A stretch of DNA of 64,000 nucleotides. Origin: Octopus bimaculoides (lineage: Eukaryota). Below, piece by piece: positions 39,401 through 53,513 of the stretch. Every line of letters begins with the position of its first letter. Within the stretch, counting starts at the first letter, position 1. Under the pieces are notes generated by a model, which was not told the DNA's origin, did no database searches, and saw only the letters and a program-made list of their open reading frames with translations. The translations under genes were made by a program, and so were the position numbers. Where the stretch lies: the NCBI RefSeq assembly GCF_001194135.2, contig NC_068994.1:19437162-19501161 (forward strand). The letters run 5' to 3'.

Positions 39401-42400
39401 CCAATCCATATGGAAGCTTAAGGCTGACAGTTAGCTATTTGCAGTAAGTACAGACATGTTATACTTGTGCTTTTTGAAGACTGAAGTTGAATTTTCTAGC
39501 AAAATAAATCAATTTGATTCTGAGTAACTATTTCTTAACACAAAATATTTGGCTAAAAACTGGAAACAATTATTTTCACAAGTTCAACCAAAAAAGTACA
39601 CAGGGTTATGTCTTTACTTTGTGAAATGCAACAACAATAATGGACAATTTTCTTTGGCCACATCACTTTGCTGGCATTGCATCAGATACAAGAGCAAAGT
39701 GGATGCACACAGTGCTTGTATCTGATGTAGTGCCAGCAGTCCTGTCAGACACCATAAATTTCAGGCTGTAGCTGCTGATTGATACTGACAGGTGAATATT
39801 TTAGATTTGTGTATTTCTTGGATTTCCTCTGTCCCTGTTTGCTAGACTCCTTCACTAAATCAGGAAAGGCACTCGCAATTGTTCTCTGGAAATTTCTCAG
39901 AGAAATGCAGCAAATTAGCAGTATGCCATCTCTAGAACTGCAGGAAGAATAAAGTCCATCCCTTTAGTAATGAGCATACTATTGTCATCATGAAAAAAAA
40001 TAATAAACCCAAGTTGTGGAATATTTTGCCTTTCATCTTTTCAGGGGTCAATAAAATATGATTGAGGAAAACTATTTCATAGGGACATATTGCATACTAA
40101 ATATGATAGGGTCTCACAGTGAGTTAAAAAAAATGTTCATCTCTTATATTCATTGTACTATAGTGAATATAAACATTATCAAGCATTAAGTGTCACAGTT
40201 TACTTGCTGAGTACAAGTTCAATCTGTGAAAGAGTGAATCTATAAATATTCTACTTCAAGAGAAATAAGCAAGAGGCATCACAAGTACTAGAATAAGTAA
40301 GACAAGATGATCCTAGGAATGGACAATGAAATGAGAACAATCTAGCCCCTGAACTGAATAAAATATTTGGTTTGAAACCTCAAGAATATTACTGAATACG
40401 ACAGGCACCCGAAGAAGGCAGGATGATACAATGACTGAAATGTCATGTCTATAATAACCAAAATAAGAACAATAGTCCAAATATAACAGTATATAATAAT
40501 GATAATTCCTCATTTCAGAAATTCAGAAAAAAATGCCAATAATACATTTGAAATCAAAACTCATAAGTTAGTTGGCCAAAAATACCAAAACCTCTCTATA
40601 AGAGTGGCAAGTGATAAAACTTCAACCACCATGGGTTCAAAAGATTCTTCTTCAGTTAATGGTTTCAATCTCAGCAATGTAAGCTACTAAACTATTTACT
40701 GATTTTCAGTTACTTTACATTCTAATGAGCTATTCTCATTTGAAGTTTTGATCTGTTCTACCACCACTATGCTCAGTATCTCACTGATGAAGAATGAAAT
40801 TACAAAATTCACAATCCTAGAAAAATCAAAGCTTATTTGCATATGTTATCACTGGATTGAAAGATGAGTTTAACAATGTATAGTTCAAACATATGGTCTT
40901 TGTGAGAGAACTATTCACAAACCCATTCATAGATCTCTCATAAAGATTAATGGATAGTCTTGCCAGGAACACTGCCAAATGCTAGTGTTTGATCCCAGAT
41001 CCTTCAGGTGAGTGAAAAGAAAAACTATTTAAGAACCTTACAAAGCTCAGAAGGATAATATATCAGCTCTAAATTCACAGTATTAAGAAAATATGAGAAA
41101 AACTTCCTACTAATGATGCCAGACTGGTACTTGTAACATTCTCAGAAAATTTGGCACTTATTCACAACAGCAAGAAGAACTGAAGCCTATAGAATTAAGT
41201 GTACTGCCCAAATACATAAAATATCAGCAGTAGATGTGAACCAGAGATAGTTGGATACCTTTCCCATTTGCCATTTTACATTTAATGTCAGGTCAGTAAC
41301 CAAATGTCTTACCAATTTTGCAGCCATCTTTAGAGATTATATTAATAAGATTCTTATAACAACCACAGCAGAATATTAATCAGATGATATCTTAGCTAGT
41401 AAGTGCCAATTGCCAATTGTATCAGTTTTTCATTATGACCACTCAGTAATATTAGGATTTACTTAAATCCTTCTCTTAATTGGGTAATAAATTTGCAGGA
41501 TGGAGCATCTGAATTTGAATTGTAGCCATCATAAATGTGAATATAAATAATATTGTCATTGAGCGTCCAGCTAGTATTCAAAATAAATTTCCAGTATCAA
41601 TGAGAAGCCAAGCACTTTCGAAAGCTGAGTAAGCAGAATTCATGAACAGCATTTGATTCCAAGTCTTAGTTACTTCACAGTACATATACTACTAATGCCC
41701 TTTACTAGGGCATTAGTAGTATATCTTATAATTTTATAACTCCTATTCTTCTTACTTTGAAAGTATTAAAGCTAATTACCTCTTGAAGGATACTGATGGC
41801 TAAAAAGAAACAATTATAAAACAGACCATTTTTTTTCCAGCCATAACATTTCATTATGAAGAGAAGTAAGATTCTACAATCAAACTACCAGACTATGAAG
41901 CATGAACAACTTCCTTATGAAACAAGTAGAGATAAGGTTGTATAGTTGTTGTGCTGATGAGACTTATTGAGGCAGAAACACATTTCGAATATCTCATCTC
42001 CAGATAAGCTTGTCCTTTTCTTTAACAACCTAACTTTGGAGAATTCTTGATTCATGAGATTATTTCCTCTTCTCATATGGAGCTGATCTTAATTGCTATT
42101 TCTCTTGAGGCATAGAAATTTTAATAAACCAAAAATTTATATTGTATGGTATTTGATAAATGTATTTATCCATATTATTTATATGATAAATTAGTAGTTA
42201 TTATAACCAAAAGGCCGAGAAACACGCTTTTGTCTAAGATCCTAAGCTTAGTAGTGGATATTTTTCATATTAGAGTTGTTTTTATGAAGACCCAATCCTG
42301 CTGCCAGGCCAAAGATTAAAGCACAATCAATATGAAACATGTAAGAACACTTGAGAGCAATAATATTTCTCAATTATGACTGACTGATATGCTGTTGCAG

Positions 42401-43081
42401 ATTGAGTGTATTTCTCAAGGAAATTTCATAACTGTTGAAATCAGAGAACAATATTATTAGGGAGAAAGAAAAAGGTGCCATAAATCACCAAAATAACCAA
42501 AATTAATAATTTTTCTAAACAATATTTTTATATTTATGAATTCAATGGAATTGATACTTCTTAACATCACTAGATTAATATTCACTCTGTGATAATCCAC
42601 TGAAATCGATGCTGCTTATTATCACCAGATTAATATCTGATCTGTGTAAGCATGTAACAGAGGTATCTAAATAAGACATGGAATCATGTATGCACACATG
42701 CACAAACACAATGTTTTAACACCGAGAAAAGTAAATTTATGTTATTAAATTATGCTAGAGAGACTTCATGAAAACTTGCACATAAACATAGGTAATATTG
42801 AAAACTTACATATAAATTACAAGCATTAAGGAATGAGAGGGCAAAATGAGGGAGAGCATGAGTTAGTGAGTCATAAATGTAATATAAGGAACTGATAAAA
42901 ATAAAATGATAGCAGTAGGTATGATGTCTAATTTATTAAACGAAACTAATAGCTTCTGATAAACAAAATAGTACTAGTGTTACAAATCAGATAGCTAATT
43001 AACTACTAAATCACAATTTGCCCATGCAATATACGAAAGAATGAAATCTTTTACTGGAGATATATTTTTGCAAATTTTTTT

Positions 43082-43294
43082 TTTTCTTTTACTTGTTTCA
43101 GTCATTTGACTGCGGCCATGCTGGAGCACCACCTGTAGTTGAGCAAATCGACCCCAGGACTTATTCTTTGTAAGCGTAGTACTTATTCTATCGGTCTCTT
43201 ATTGCCGAACTGCTAAGTTACGGGGACGTGAACACACCAGCATCGGTTGTCAAGTGATGTTGGAGAGACAAGCACAGACACACACACACACACA

Positions 43295-43350
<56 letters not shown>

Positions 43351-43517
43351 CATATATACGACGGGCTTCTTCCAGTTTCCGTCTACCAAATACACTCACA
43401 AGGCTTTGGTCGGCCCGAGGCTATAGTAGAAGACACTTGCCCAAGGTGCCACGCAGTGGGACTGAACCCGGAACCATGTGGTTGGTAAGCAAGCTACTTA
43501 CCACACAGCCACTCCTG
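43082..43517 (-). mobile_element. tRNA-derived SINE family A, young full-length copy
   Basis: Minus head GGAGTGGCTGTGTGGT (box A-like)…GGTTCAGTCCC (box B-like); internal (CA)n/(TA)n; retains many CpGs. Confidence 0.93.
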
Positions 43518-44899
43518 TTTACTATAATGAAATAAAAATATTAAGGAATGTTAAGTGACTGGTCAGTAGGTGAGAATAGTGACAGAAGAGTACAGAGATT
43601 TATGAGTTAAATTAGTAGATCTTGGTTAACACACACACACATGTAAATGTAATAATAAACTCAAAGACACAGCCAAGATTAGGCTTGATGTGAGAGAATC
43701 TGTGATGAAATTTCAGAATATAAGACAAAGCTAACATAAGTTTATACAATCATTGTTTAGAAGTTGTCCCCCATCACATAAAAAAAAGGAAAGAAAAAAC
43801 AAAATCCACTGAGAGTTGATTATATTAATTCATTTATTTTTTGTTTCATGAATCTTTTGTACACATATGAACTAGATATCACAAAAATGGTTAATTTATT
43901 TAAGTTTTTTTTTTTTTTTGGTTAGGATGCCTATAATCAATTTTTTTTATGACTATAGATAGTCAATATTATTAACATCATTATGTGTAAAACATTTTAT
44001 GAGGTAACTAATTTATCTAAAAGTAAAATTCCTATAAATAAACCCTTTCTTAAAAAGAAATTTAACTATCATAGGTAAAAAAAATGTTTGTTTTACTTGA
44101 ATCTAACAACTAATTAGATTAGTAATATATTCATAATAAAATGTATTTGGCTGGCTGGTTTTATCATAAAGTAGATTTAAATAAATGGTATCAAAGTAAA
44201 ATATTTTAAACAAAAAGACTATAAAGTAAATTGAAGAACAGAATATTTTTATTCTATTCCTCACATTCCTCAGAGGAAAATCTAACAAAAAAAATGTATG
44301 TAGCTAATTTCTGTCAGTCCCATAGTTGAGTTGAATGGACAATTGTGAACTTTGATCATGTGCTTTCATAGACATAGAAATTGTGCGGAAAACATTTTAC
44401 AGATATATTATGTACATATGAGAGAGAGAAGGGAGAGTATTTACAGGTTCTACATACCTTCACAGAGTTTGCTTTTGCTTAAGCATCTTAAACTAATTTG
44501 CTTTTGTTGTTGTCCAACCAATTGTGTGAAAGGATCATTTTGAACTTGAACCCTGACAGGTTTAGCTCATTTGATTCCTTCTGGGGTCAATAAAAAACAC
44601 CAGTAATGTAAATACAAGGCATTTTAGCTGGTTGAAGGTAAATGATTGTCATCAGACAATTTCACTCAAATTGCACTTAATAAAATGGAAATAAATGCTG
44701 GTAAATGCAAGACAGAAACAAATGGTAAATCAAAAGAATTCTGAAAGTAATCTTTTGACAAACATATTACCAAAATCCTGAACTAGTCCAAGTGAATGTC
44801 AGGAAATGTTCTTGGAAATTCCAGTTTAAGAAACTGAAAAAATTCACTGCCACTAATCCTCTCAATGAAACAAGTTTAAAATTCTTGCTCCCCTATCAG

Positions 44900-45110
44900 C
44901 AGGGCTGGTGCTAGAAAGTGCAGGGCCCAATTGGAGAATTGTCAGTGGGGCCTTCTACTCTACAAAAGCTGAATATTAGCGTTTTATGCTTTGTGTAGTG
45001 CACCAGTCCCAGCCAAAATGCATCCTCCACTTAAGCATGTGTGTAGGGCCTTCTCTTGTCGCAGGGACCAGTTTGAACAAATCCGTCTAATTGGCTTAAA
45101 ACCAGTCCTG
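44900..45110. mobile_element. hAT-type MITE
   Basis: Ends CAGGGCTGG…/…CCAGTCCTG; 8-bp flanks cctatcag and cccatcag (7/8 match). Confidence 0.75.
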
Positions 45111-46239
45111 CCCATCAGTATATTTACATTGAAGTAGCTATATACATCCATTGGCCTATCGCTGAATATTATAGTGCAAGAAAACAAAGCAATCCGTGTG
45201 CTGATATTTGAATCTACAAAATGTAGTCCAAGGCATCACAGGGCATACAGAACTGATCAGTTCAGTTGTTCAAGAACCTGATACACAGTTATTTCATTAA
45301 AATTCCAGACCAGCTCTTGATATTTTAGTATAAAAAAAAGTGTTGCACATGCTAACATATTATTACATTGAAAGAATGACAGGTTGAGATTCGTTTTTTT
45401 AAGTTAAAAACTAACACTGTCCATTGAAAAATAATAAACGTTATTAGAATACATGACACCAAAAAAGCAATAATTTCATGTGTTTTTTAATCTTTTACCA
45501 AGTCTGATGTAATAAAATAAAACTAACAGTAATTTCAACACAGAACCAAGAGAAGTATTTTATTATCATTAGTTAAATATATAGTTTATTTGAAATATTT
45601 TTAATACTAATATTGGTTTTCCAGTAAATGCCCCAAACATTGCTCCATGAGCAAGGTGTTGAGTTTTAGAGTGTCGGAGGTAATTAGATATTATTACTGC
45701 TAAAGAAAAAAAAAAATCATAATTTTCACTTTTTAGTTTATTTCTAATAATATCCAAGCAAGAACAGTATTTAAATATTTAATCCATGAAAGTAGGAGGA
45801 TTTTTTTTTTTAAGTCCAGTATAATAATGCCTTTTTCTACTCAAAGCCATTACATAACAAGTAGAAGCTAACACATTTCCATTCATGCAAAATAGATAAA
45901 TGAATAAAAATCAACAAAGATAACAAAAATGTAAATAAATACATGAAACAATACACGTTTTCTATGTCACTAATAAACCCTTCCAGGCTCTAGAAGGCAT
46001 ATGACAGTGTATTTCAGTTCTCTCTGGTGACTCAAGCAACAAGTTTCAAAATAAGAATTCAAAATATGTAAAATTCTTCATGATATGGCTTATTTAATTT
46101 AGAGAGCTTGCCTAGTAAACTGACCTTGACTATCAAAGGTAATTAGTACTTCCTTAAATTTATGGTATATATATTCATTAGAAAGTTCATATCATAGCCA
46201 TCTATTTAGTTTTGTATTTATTTAAATGCTTGCTTAGAA

Positions 46240-46582
46240 TCAGCATCATCATCATTTAACATTCACTGTTCCATGCTTCTTGCTTGGGTCAGACAGAACT
46301 TGTTAAGGCAGTATTTTCTGCAGCTGAATGCCCTTCCTGTCACTGACTCTCATCTGTTTTCAAGCAAGGTTATATTTACCCATGGCCAGAAATATTTTTC
46401 AAGGAAGACTGGAAATGAACAACATAGCTTGTATGATGGTGATATTAATTTACAGCTATTACATGATGTCATGTCAAGGAGACACAAACACACCCACACA
46501 ACAAGCTTCTTTCAGTTTCCATCAACCAAATCCACCCACAAGACTTTGGATGGCTCAAGGCTATAGTAGAGGACACTTGCCT
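46240..46582 (-). mobile_element. Diverged SINE with family A head and (ATG)n tail
   Basis: catcatcatcatttaacatt…ccatgc tail; cttctttcagtttccatcaaccaaatcc…gctatagtagaggacacttgcc head. Confidence 0.75.
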
Positions 46583-49348
46583 ACTTTTGTCTAGTTCAAT
46601 TGATTGCTTCCTCTAGTAATACATATTGTTTCTAATACAAATAATGACATTGAGAACAGACAGTTTCATCAGGTTTCCTTTTATATCCTATTCTTTCTGC
46701 AGATTAATAAAAGAAGTATCAGTAATACATTGAGGGTCAATTAAATTCTCTATTACCTTCCCTAGCAAAAACAGTCTTACATCTAAGAAGTCAACCATAA
46801 GATTAATAATCTTATTCTTGTCAACGGTAACAATTTCTATATAATAATAATATTTTTGTTGGCACAAAAGTATAATTGCAACTAGTCTATAATCTCTCTT
46901 ACAATATCCAGTTCCTCTTATACTTACACAGTCAGTCTGGTAATTGATTTTGAAACCTTATGCATACACATCTTTGAAAGTCCTTTTGATGTGTATATAA
47001 CTGTCTGGTTTGTAAAAGAGATGGTGTTTTCAGGATGTGTGAATTTTTTATGTTGTTTATTGTTTAGTCCGAGACCAGCTTTGATTGTAAAGACCTATGA
47101 CCAAAGGCTTTCAAGCTATAACAAATTCAAACATCCACGACTACATTATTCTATATCTCATTTCTTTTTGAAAACATTAGGATTTAATTCAAGGGATATT
47201 TGACTGCTATTTCTAGCATAGGAGCGACTGTGTAGAGGCTCCTTGCTGAAAGTAATGGTTGGTTGTACTTTTTCGTTCTTTAGACTAAGTGGAGGAAAAA
47301 CAGAGATGATTGTTGAATAGTCTTAAGTCAGCTTTGATTGAGCAGGTATATAAAAAGCATGCCAGCCATGACATTCCCATCTTATTTATTTTTTGAGACT
47401 GTATAACTCTGGACTACATTATAAAGTGTGCCTTATTTTTAAGGAGGCAGGGTATGTTTTGAGTAAGATTTGACCACTAGCAGGTTGGGAGAGAGCTTTT
47501 AGTAGGTGCCACCTTCAATCTATATGTTTAAAGCCAGACTTCATTATGGTTGATGTTGGCTTATAGTAATTATGCAAGTACATCTAGAGATATGTAGTAG
47601 GACGTATGCTTTGTGGAGAAGTACAGGAAGGTTATGTAGGTCTAAGGTTGAAGAAAGTAAGATATAGAAAAGAATTTTAAATACTCCTTTTGGAAAATGT
47701 AAATTTTTAATGTCTTATTTCTATTCTACATTTCACTTTGACAGTCTAAGAGGAAGTGCACAATTCAACGTTTTAGTGTTATTCCTTAATTAGATTTTTA
47801 AAGATTTTGTTTATTGCTGATTTTCTCTTTTTTAAGTGAGTTAGCTAAAGTTAGCCTTCCACTTAATGTTGATGAGATTGATGCAGTTGATGAACAAGTT
47901 TGTATATCTAAAGTTCAATGTCAACAGGAAAATATGTGCAGACATGCCAGATCTGTGAAAACAGAATTGGGGAGGTACTTAAGGTATAATTTAGGATGTA
48001 AAACATAGTAGTTAAAGACAGTTAGACTGACACATATTTTGATAAATTGAAGAGTATTCATGCTCCAAACAGTAACTGTGTCTGGTTATCCAGTTATTGA
48101 TGTAATAACAAACATAAACAGTGCATTTGATGATAAATCTTTAAATCCCAAAACACTCACAATACATTATCTATCCAACAACAATCTCAGCTTCGGGCTA
48201 TTTGCTAGTTAATTTAATTTAATTCCCTGTCTATTGATCTGTCCATCTATTTATCTTTCTACCTGCCTCCACTCAGTCATAAACGCCTACCTACTTCTGT
48301 CACCTCAAAAGTCAATGATAGTTAAACATTAAACTCTTCTAAACTGGCAACAAAATTTGCATATTTTATACTATTCTGACATTTTCAAGTTTTTTTGTTT
48401 TTTTTTTACATAATTCAGTTATTATCATCTTGCAATGCTATTAAACCACATAACTGTAAAGATACTATATACACAATTTAATCAGGTTACTTCACACACA
48501 TACACGCTGTACAGTAAGTATTCAATATAACAAAAAAATGATAGGACACAATAAGTGCTGGCTTTAGGAAGAGCTCCAGTGGTTGTTTATATTTATTTTT
48601 TTTAATGTGGTTTTAAATACACTGAAGAACAAAATCTAACAAGAAAATGCTCCCCCCAATTTGCCAAGACAAAAGTTGCTATGTTAACCCCTATCCAAAT
48701 ACAGAGGGGTGTTATTTCCATTTATCTTAAATTCAACTACTTCATCCTTATATAGGACTTAGACATATTTTCCCAACATCAACAGAATAGAGTTACATTA
48801 ACCCAGACAAGACGGTAACTTGGAACTTTGAAGTTTCAGTATCACTGCCATGCTGCTGTGCTACATATTTCCAAAATAGTCACACAATGACAAAAATACT
48901 CCAATACAAATGCACTCACTATTCAGTACTTTACTACAAACTTAAGTGAAGTATCAGTTTTACAATTACTTTATAAACACTTATATTCTTTTCCAGACGT
49001 AAGATTTTACACAACTACCAAAACTTTTTTTTTCTTTTTCTTTTTTTAGCATCAGTTGTAATAGGTGATACTAGCTACAGAGAAGCTGAAAATGAAGAGA
49101 GTAGTTGAGTCACTCCTTGTACATAAGTTCTAGCAACAGCCTAAACTGAAATTTTTTCATAACTGAATATTTGCAAAAGACTTTCAGAAAAGAGCCATTC
49201 AAAAACAAGAACCTCTTACGTTGCTATATAAAGTCCATCTTCTTATCTACCCAAAATTCTTCATATATAAGAAGAGAGAATATGTTAAACCACTTTCAAA
49301 AGATTTCTAAAGAAAGAGAAAAAAAAAACACAGTACACACACACACAC

Positions 49349-49407
<59 letters not shown>

Positions 49408-49753
49408 CACATCACAGTTATGAAATAAAGTAGAAGTAGTATATCACATTGAAGCTACTGATGAGGCTGCCAGTAAGTTTTAAAATCTTCATTTCACAAG
49501 AGCTAAAATTAGGAACAGAACGAAAGTATCAAATAAAGGATTATGAGATGCACACTTCAAGAAATGCCAACAGGAAGTCTCAAGCTTATTACTAATATAG
49601 GGTGACATTCCCTTTAATAAAATAGCAAACATTTACATAACCAAGTAAATGAAGTCAATCACACATTCATTCACTCACATGATCTATACATTAGTAACAC
49701 TCATTAGTGTAGGGATTTTCTTTCCTTTTTTTTTTCTAATCATATCCATTTGA

Positions 49754-49967
49754 TTAACCCTTTCGTTACCGTATTTATTTTGAGATGCTGTTTCTTTCAA
49801 ATAATTTTAAATTAAACAAAGAATTTAGTAAAATAACTTAGTTATCATTAAGCTAGTGTTAGGAACATAAATTGTGACGAAGGTTTGGTGGAAGATTTTA
49901 TGAAAACAAGACATTTGTACTACAGATCCAGAGGCGGTTTCAGTCGGGTTGGTATCGAAAGGGTTAA
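49754..49967. mobile_element. piggyBac-like MITE family 2
   Basis: TTAA|CCCTTTCGTTACC … GGTATCGAAAGGG|TTAA; 12/13 terminal inverted repeat and TTAA on both sides. Confidence 0.85.
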
Positions 49968-51899
49968 GGCAGCAAGCTGACAGAATTGTTAAAACATTTG
50001 AAAAAATGCCTAGCAGCATTTCTTCCTATTTATTATGTTCAGTGTGTAAATTCTACCAGTCAATATTGCTTTTCATTCTTTAAAATAAGTACTAGAAAAA
50101 TATTGAGCTAGATATAATCAACTTACCCTTCCCCTCAAAATTGCTGGCCTTGTGCCAAAATTTGAAACAATTATGTCCATTTGATGATGACTCTAAAATG
50201 AGATGCTTAAACATGGGAGAACTTTAAGATGCTCATAGGAATCGGTACTTAGCTCCAGTTTCATAATATTAAACAAATGAGAGATAAATCTACCACTAGC
50301 TCAGATGCCATTTTATCACAGGTTACATTTCCAGAACATCGCATACCTACTCCTGGTAGCTAAATAAACTGAGGTGCACTGAATTACATTTACTGCCCAA
50401 ATACCCATTGAAATACCAGTAGTGGATTTGAGAAGGTAGACTGATATCAAATCCACTTAACATTTTGTTCCAACAAAGTCACAAGCAATAAGGATGACTC
50501 AGTTATGAATGAGGTTCAAAGAATTATCCTTATGTGAACAGATTTTGAACTCTAGATCTATGCAGTGGTGACTATATCCCAGCTAGTAGACTCATCCATT
50601 CTATCCTTTTGCTTCTGTCTAAAAATGATGGGACTGGTTAGAATGTGTTAGTTTCTGGTTTGAATGATTAGAGAGAGAATGACATTGCTGTTAAGGAAAA
50701 TATCTATTTCATTCAGTGAAGCTAAACAAAGATTTTCAACGCATCAATAGAGATGGGTCCAGCACACAAGTAAAGAGACAGGAGCTTAGCCTCAGCCCAA
50801 ATGTTCATATAAACAGAGAATATATTAACTGAAATAGAGCATAGTTAAAAACATGTAGGATGAAATTAACTATCTGATTAACACATAATCTAGTAATCAC
50901 TCATCTGAAAATTATAATCATAGAGTTCCAAAGATTTTAGAATTTGAGCAAGATGTTTGGATACCTGCAACAATTGTCTTTTGGTAGGAATTGCTATTTA
51001 TTTATTGGCTTGACAGTAACTTAATATAAATGGGAAGGAAGTAAATCCTGTAAAACATTCTGCAGAATCATTTGTACAAGACTTGTTTGATGATATTTAC
51101 ACCATTCCAAATGGAGTCAGACAAGTTGTGTTTTACAGCCTCAGAGACGTTTATTCAATTGAAATCCAAGGTGCATTTAGCCCCTTTGTCTCCTAGATTA
51201 AATTACTTAACCAGTCAGATTATTAACTATGTTAAGAGCCATCATCATCATTTTAATGTTTTTCCTTCCATGATTTGTTGGGATAGAATTCAACTCATCT
51301 GTGATGTTTAATGACCAACTTAAGTATTCTGTGATCTATTTTATCACAGACAACTGTTACCAGCTCAATGGGTGCAGCAAAAGTTTTTAAGAGCATGCAT
51401 TATTGGACATTACACTTGTTATACAATGCAGGGTTACCATATCAAAACATAAAAAAATAACATAAAATTTCCAAGTAGCCCAATTTACCAAACAGGATAG
51501 CAATAAAGTTTCTATTTTAATGAAAACAGAGTAATTTATATTGTTATATTTGAGGATGGTCATATTTTTGCCAATTGACCACACACAATATATACTTGGT
51601 CTTCACTTCAGCTTCCTTATTATTCTTATTTTAGGACACTAAAATAAGAGTAATTTATATTTATCCTTTGTAAATCCTTAGAATAAATGCAGAATAACAG
51701 GTAGCTAGAGTTCATAAGTTTTACAAAACATGCATAAAGATTTTCCTGCAGAGAATGTGATAGTCATGTTGAAAAGCTACCAGGCAACATTGTTTTCAGT
51801 GGTAAAGCAATGTTTTCTAGGTGTGGGAAAGAAAATCACTACATTTGTTACACTTGAAAAGATGAACATACAAAGAACTTCATCCAATACTTGGAAAGG

Positions 51900-52500
51900 G
51901 ACTGACCAAAGGTCAATGTCTGGATGGACATGGTTTATGAACATTTTCTTTGCTAGAGCTTCTACCAAAATCATGAAAATTAGTACTGAGAAAAAAACCA
52001 AAGAGATGACAAATGCTAACCATACCATCTTAACAGACATTTCTATATGAAGACAATAGCTTGGTGCAAGTTATTACAAAAGGATCAGGGCATGAAATCC
52101 TTACAAGAACTGCACAGATGATGTTAAACTATTGAAACTGAAGCAAACATGGAGAAATACGTATACAAGACTCCCGCACTAGAACTGTCTGTTTTTCTTT
52201 ATGCATGTGAGATGCTACCACAACTTCTTGGGCTTTTTGTACATAGACCATATCATGAATGATTTGCGCTTACAAAACAATCCAGCATCATACCAATGAA
52301 GAAAAGAAAGCTGAGGTGGCATGATTATACAAGATCTAGCAAAAACCATTCTTCAAAGAAGAGTGGAAAGGAACAGGAGAGGCAGACAGAGGAAAGGATG
52401 GACAGAAAACATCAAAGAATGGACAGGCAAATTGTTAGTAAAGATCTAAGTTCCGGCTCACAGTTGCAGCAAATGGAGGAAACAGGTGTACACTATGTCA
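51900..52500 (+). mobile_element. RTE-BovB-like LINE 3' fragment
   Basis: KRKLRWH…LAKTILQRRVE…RRGRQRKGWTENIKEWTG across frameshifts; left boundary approximate. Confidence 0.75.
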
Positions 52501-52559
52501 TAATGACACTTTTAGAACTCATCAGAAGTTGAGGGCCAATGACAAGACAATTAGAGAAC

Positions 52560-52960
52560 TGATTGATTGTGAGATGTTGCAGTAATTCCTTGAAGCACAG
52601 TAAACTACAAATGAGCATGTTAGTATAGTTGCTTTTCAACAAGATAGTACCTCTTGTCTTCATGCTACAATTGTTCAGGATTGCCTGCATAAACAATTTC
52701 CAAATCAGTTGATTGGAAATAGGAATAACAGACCATGGGCAACACTATCACTAGATTTAGCCTCTTTGGATTTATTTGCTTGGGGCTTTATCAAAGAGCA
52801 AGTCTTCCAAACAATGATTATGACTCTGGACAATTTATGTGAACATATATGAAATGCTGCAAATACTCCTGGATGTGTTTCAAAATGCTGCTGAATGATT
52901 TGAGCTGTGCACAATACTGATGACCAAAGTGTAAAACTTATGTTAAGCCCTACACTTGAA
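52560..52960 (+). mobile_element. Tc1/mariner DD41D transposase C-terminal relic
   Basis: FQQDSTSCLHA…QFPNQLIG…WATLSLDLASLDLFAWGFIKEQVF; 41 residues between the two Asps (counted). Confidence 0.8.
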
Positions 52961-53298
52961 ACTTCAACCAGTGTTGTTAATCTTTCATTGTCTAATTAAT
53001 TAAATAATTTTAATGTGTTTCATTAAAATAGCTGGAGAGCTTATGGATATTGTGTGTAATATTGAGCAATGTAAATAGCAACGTTTGTACTATTTATAAG
53101 CATAGAAAGAATTATTTATAAGCATAGAAACTACAAATACTATTTCAACAAAAACAGATGAGAAAACTGGTGGGTAGAACATAGCGAAGGTCCATAAGTA
53201 ATATATAACAATTTGACTACTTTAATGATATTTGGAAAGGGAAATTGTTAAAGCTATGTTTCACAAAATAAAGTTGTTCGGGTAATGTATGAGAAATA

Positions 53299-53513
53299 CT
53301 GATTTCAAATTTTGACTCAAGGCCAGCAATTTCAGGGGACAGGATAAGTCAGTTACATCAACCCCAGTGTTCAGCTGGTATTTATTTTATTGACCCCATA
53401 AGGATGAAAGGCAAAGTCAACTTCAGCAGCATTTGAACTTGGATTGTAAAGATGGATGAAATGCTGCTAAGCATTTCGCCTGGCATGCTAATGATGGTGC
53501 TAGCTCACTGCCT
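53299..53513 (-). mobile_element. SINE family B with 16-bp target-site duplication
   Basis: taatgtatgagaaata at 53283-53298 and 53514-53529 flanks a full reverse copy. Confidence 0.9.

Noticed and set aside
43440-43517. tRNA gene
   Set aside because: Box A/B-like motifs belong to a multicopy SINE head; no complete cloverleaf was evident.
53090-53132. Short direct duplications (also ~4560, ~7520, ~7867)
   Set aside because: Ordinary slippage-type micro-duplications.
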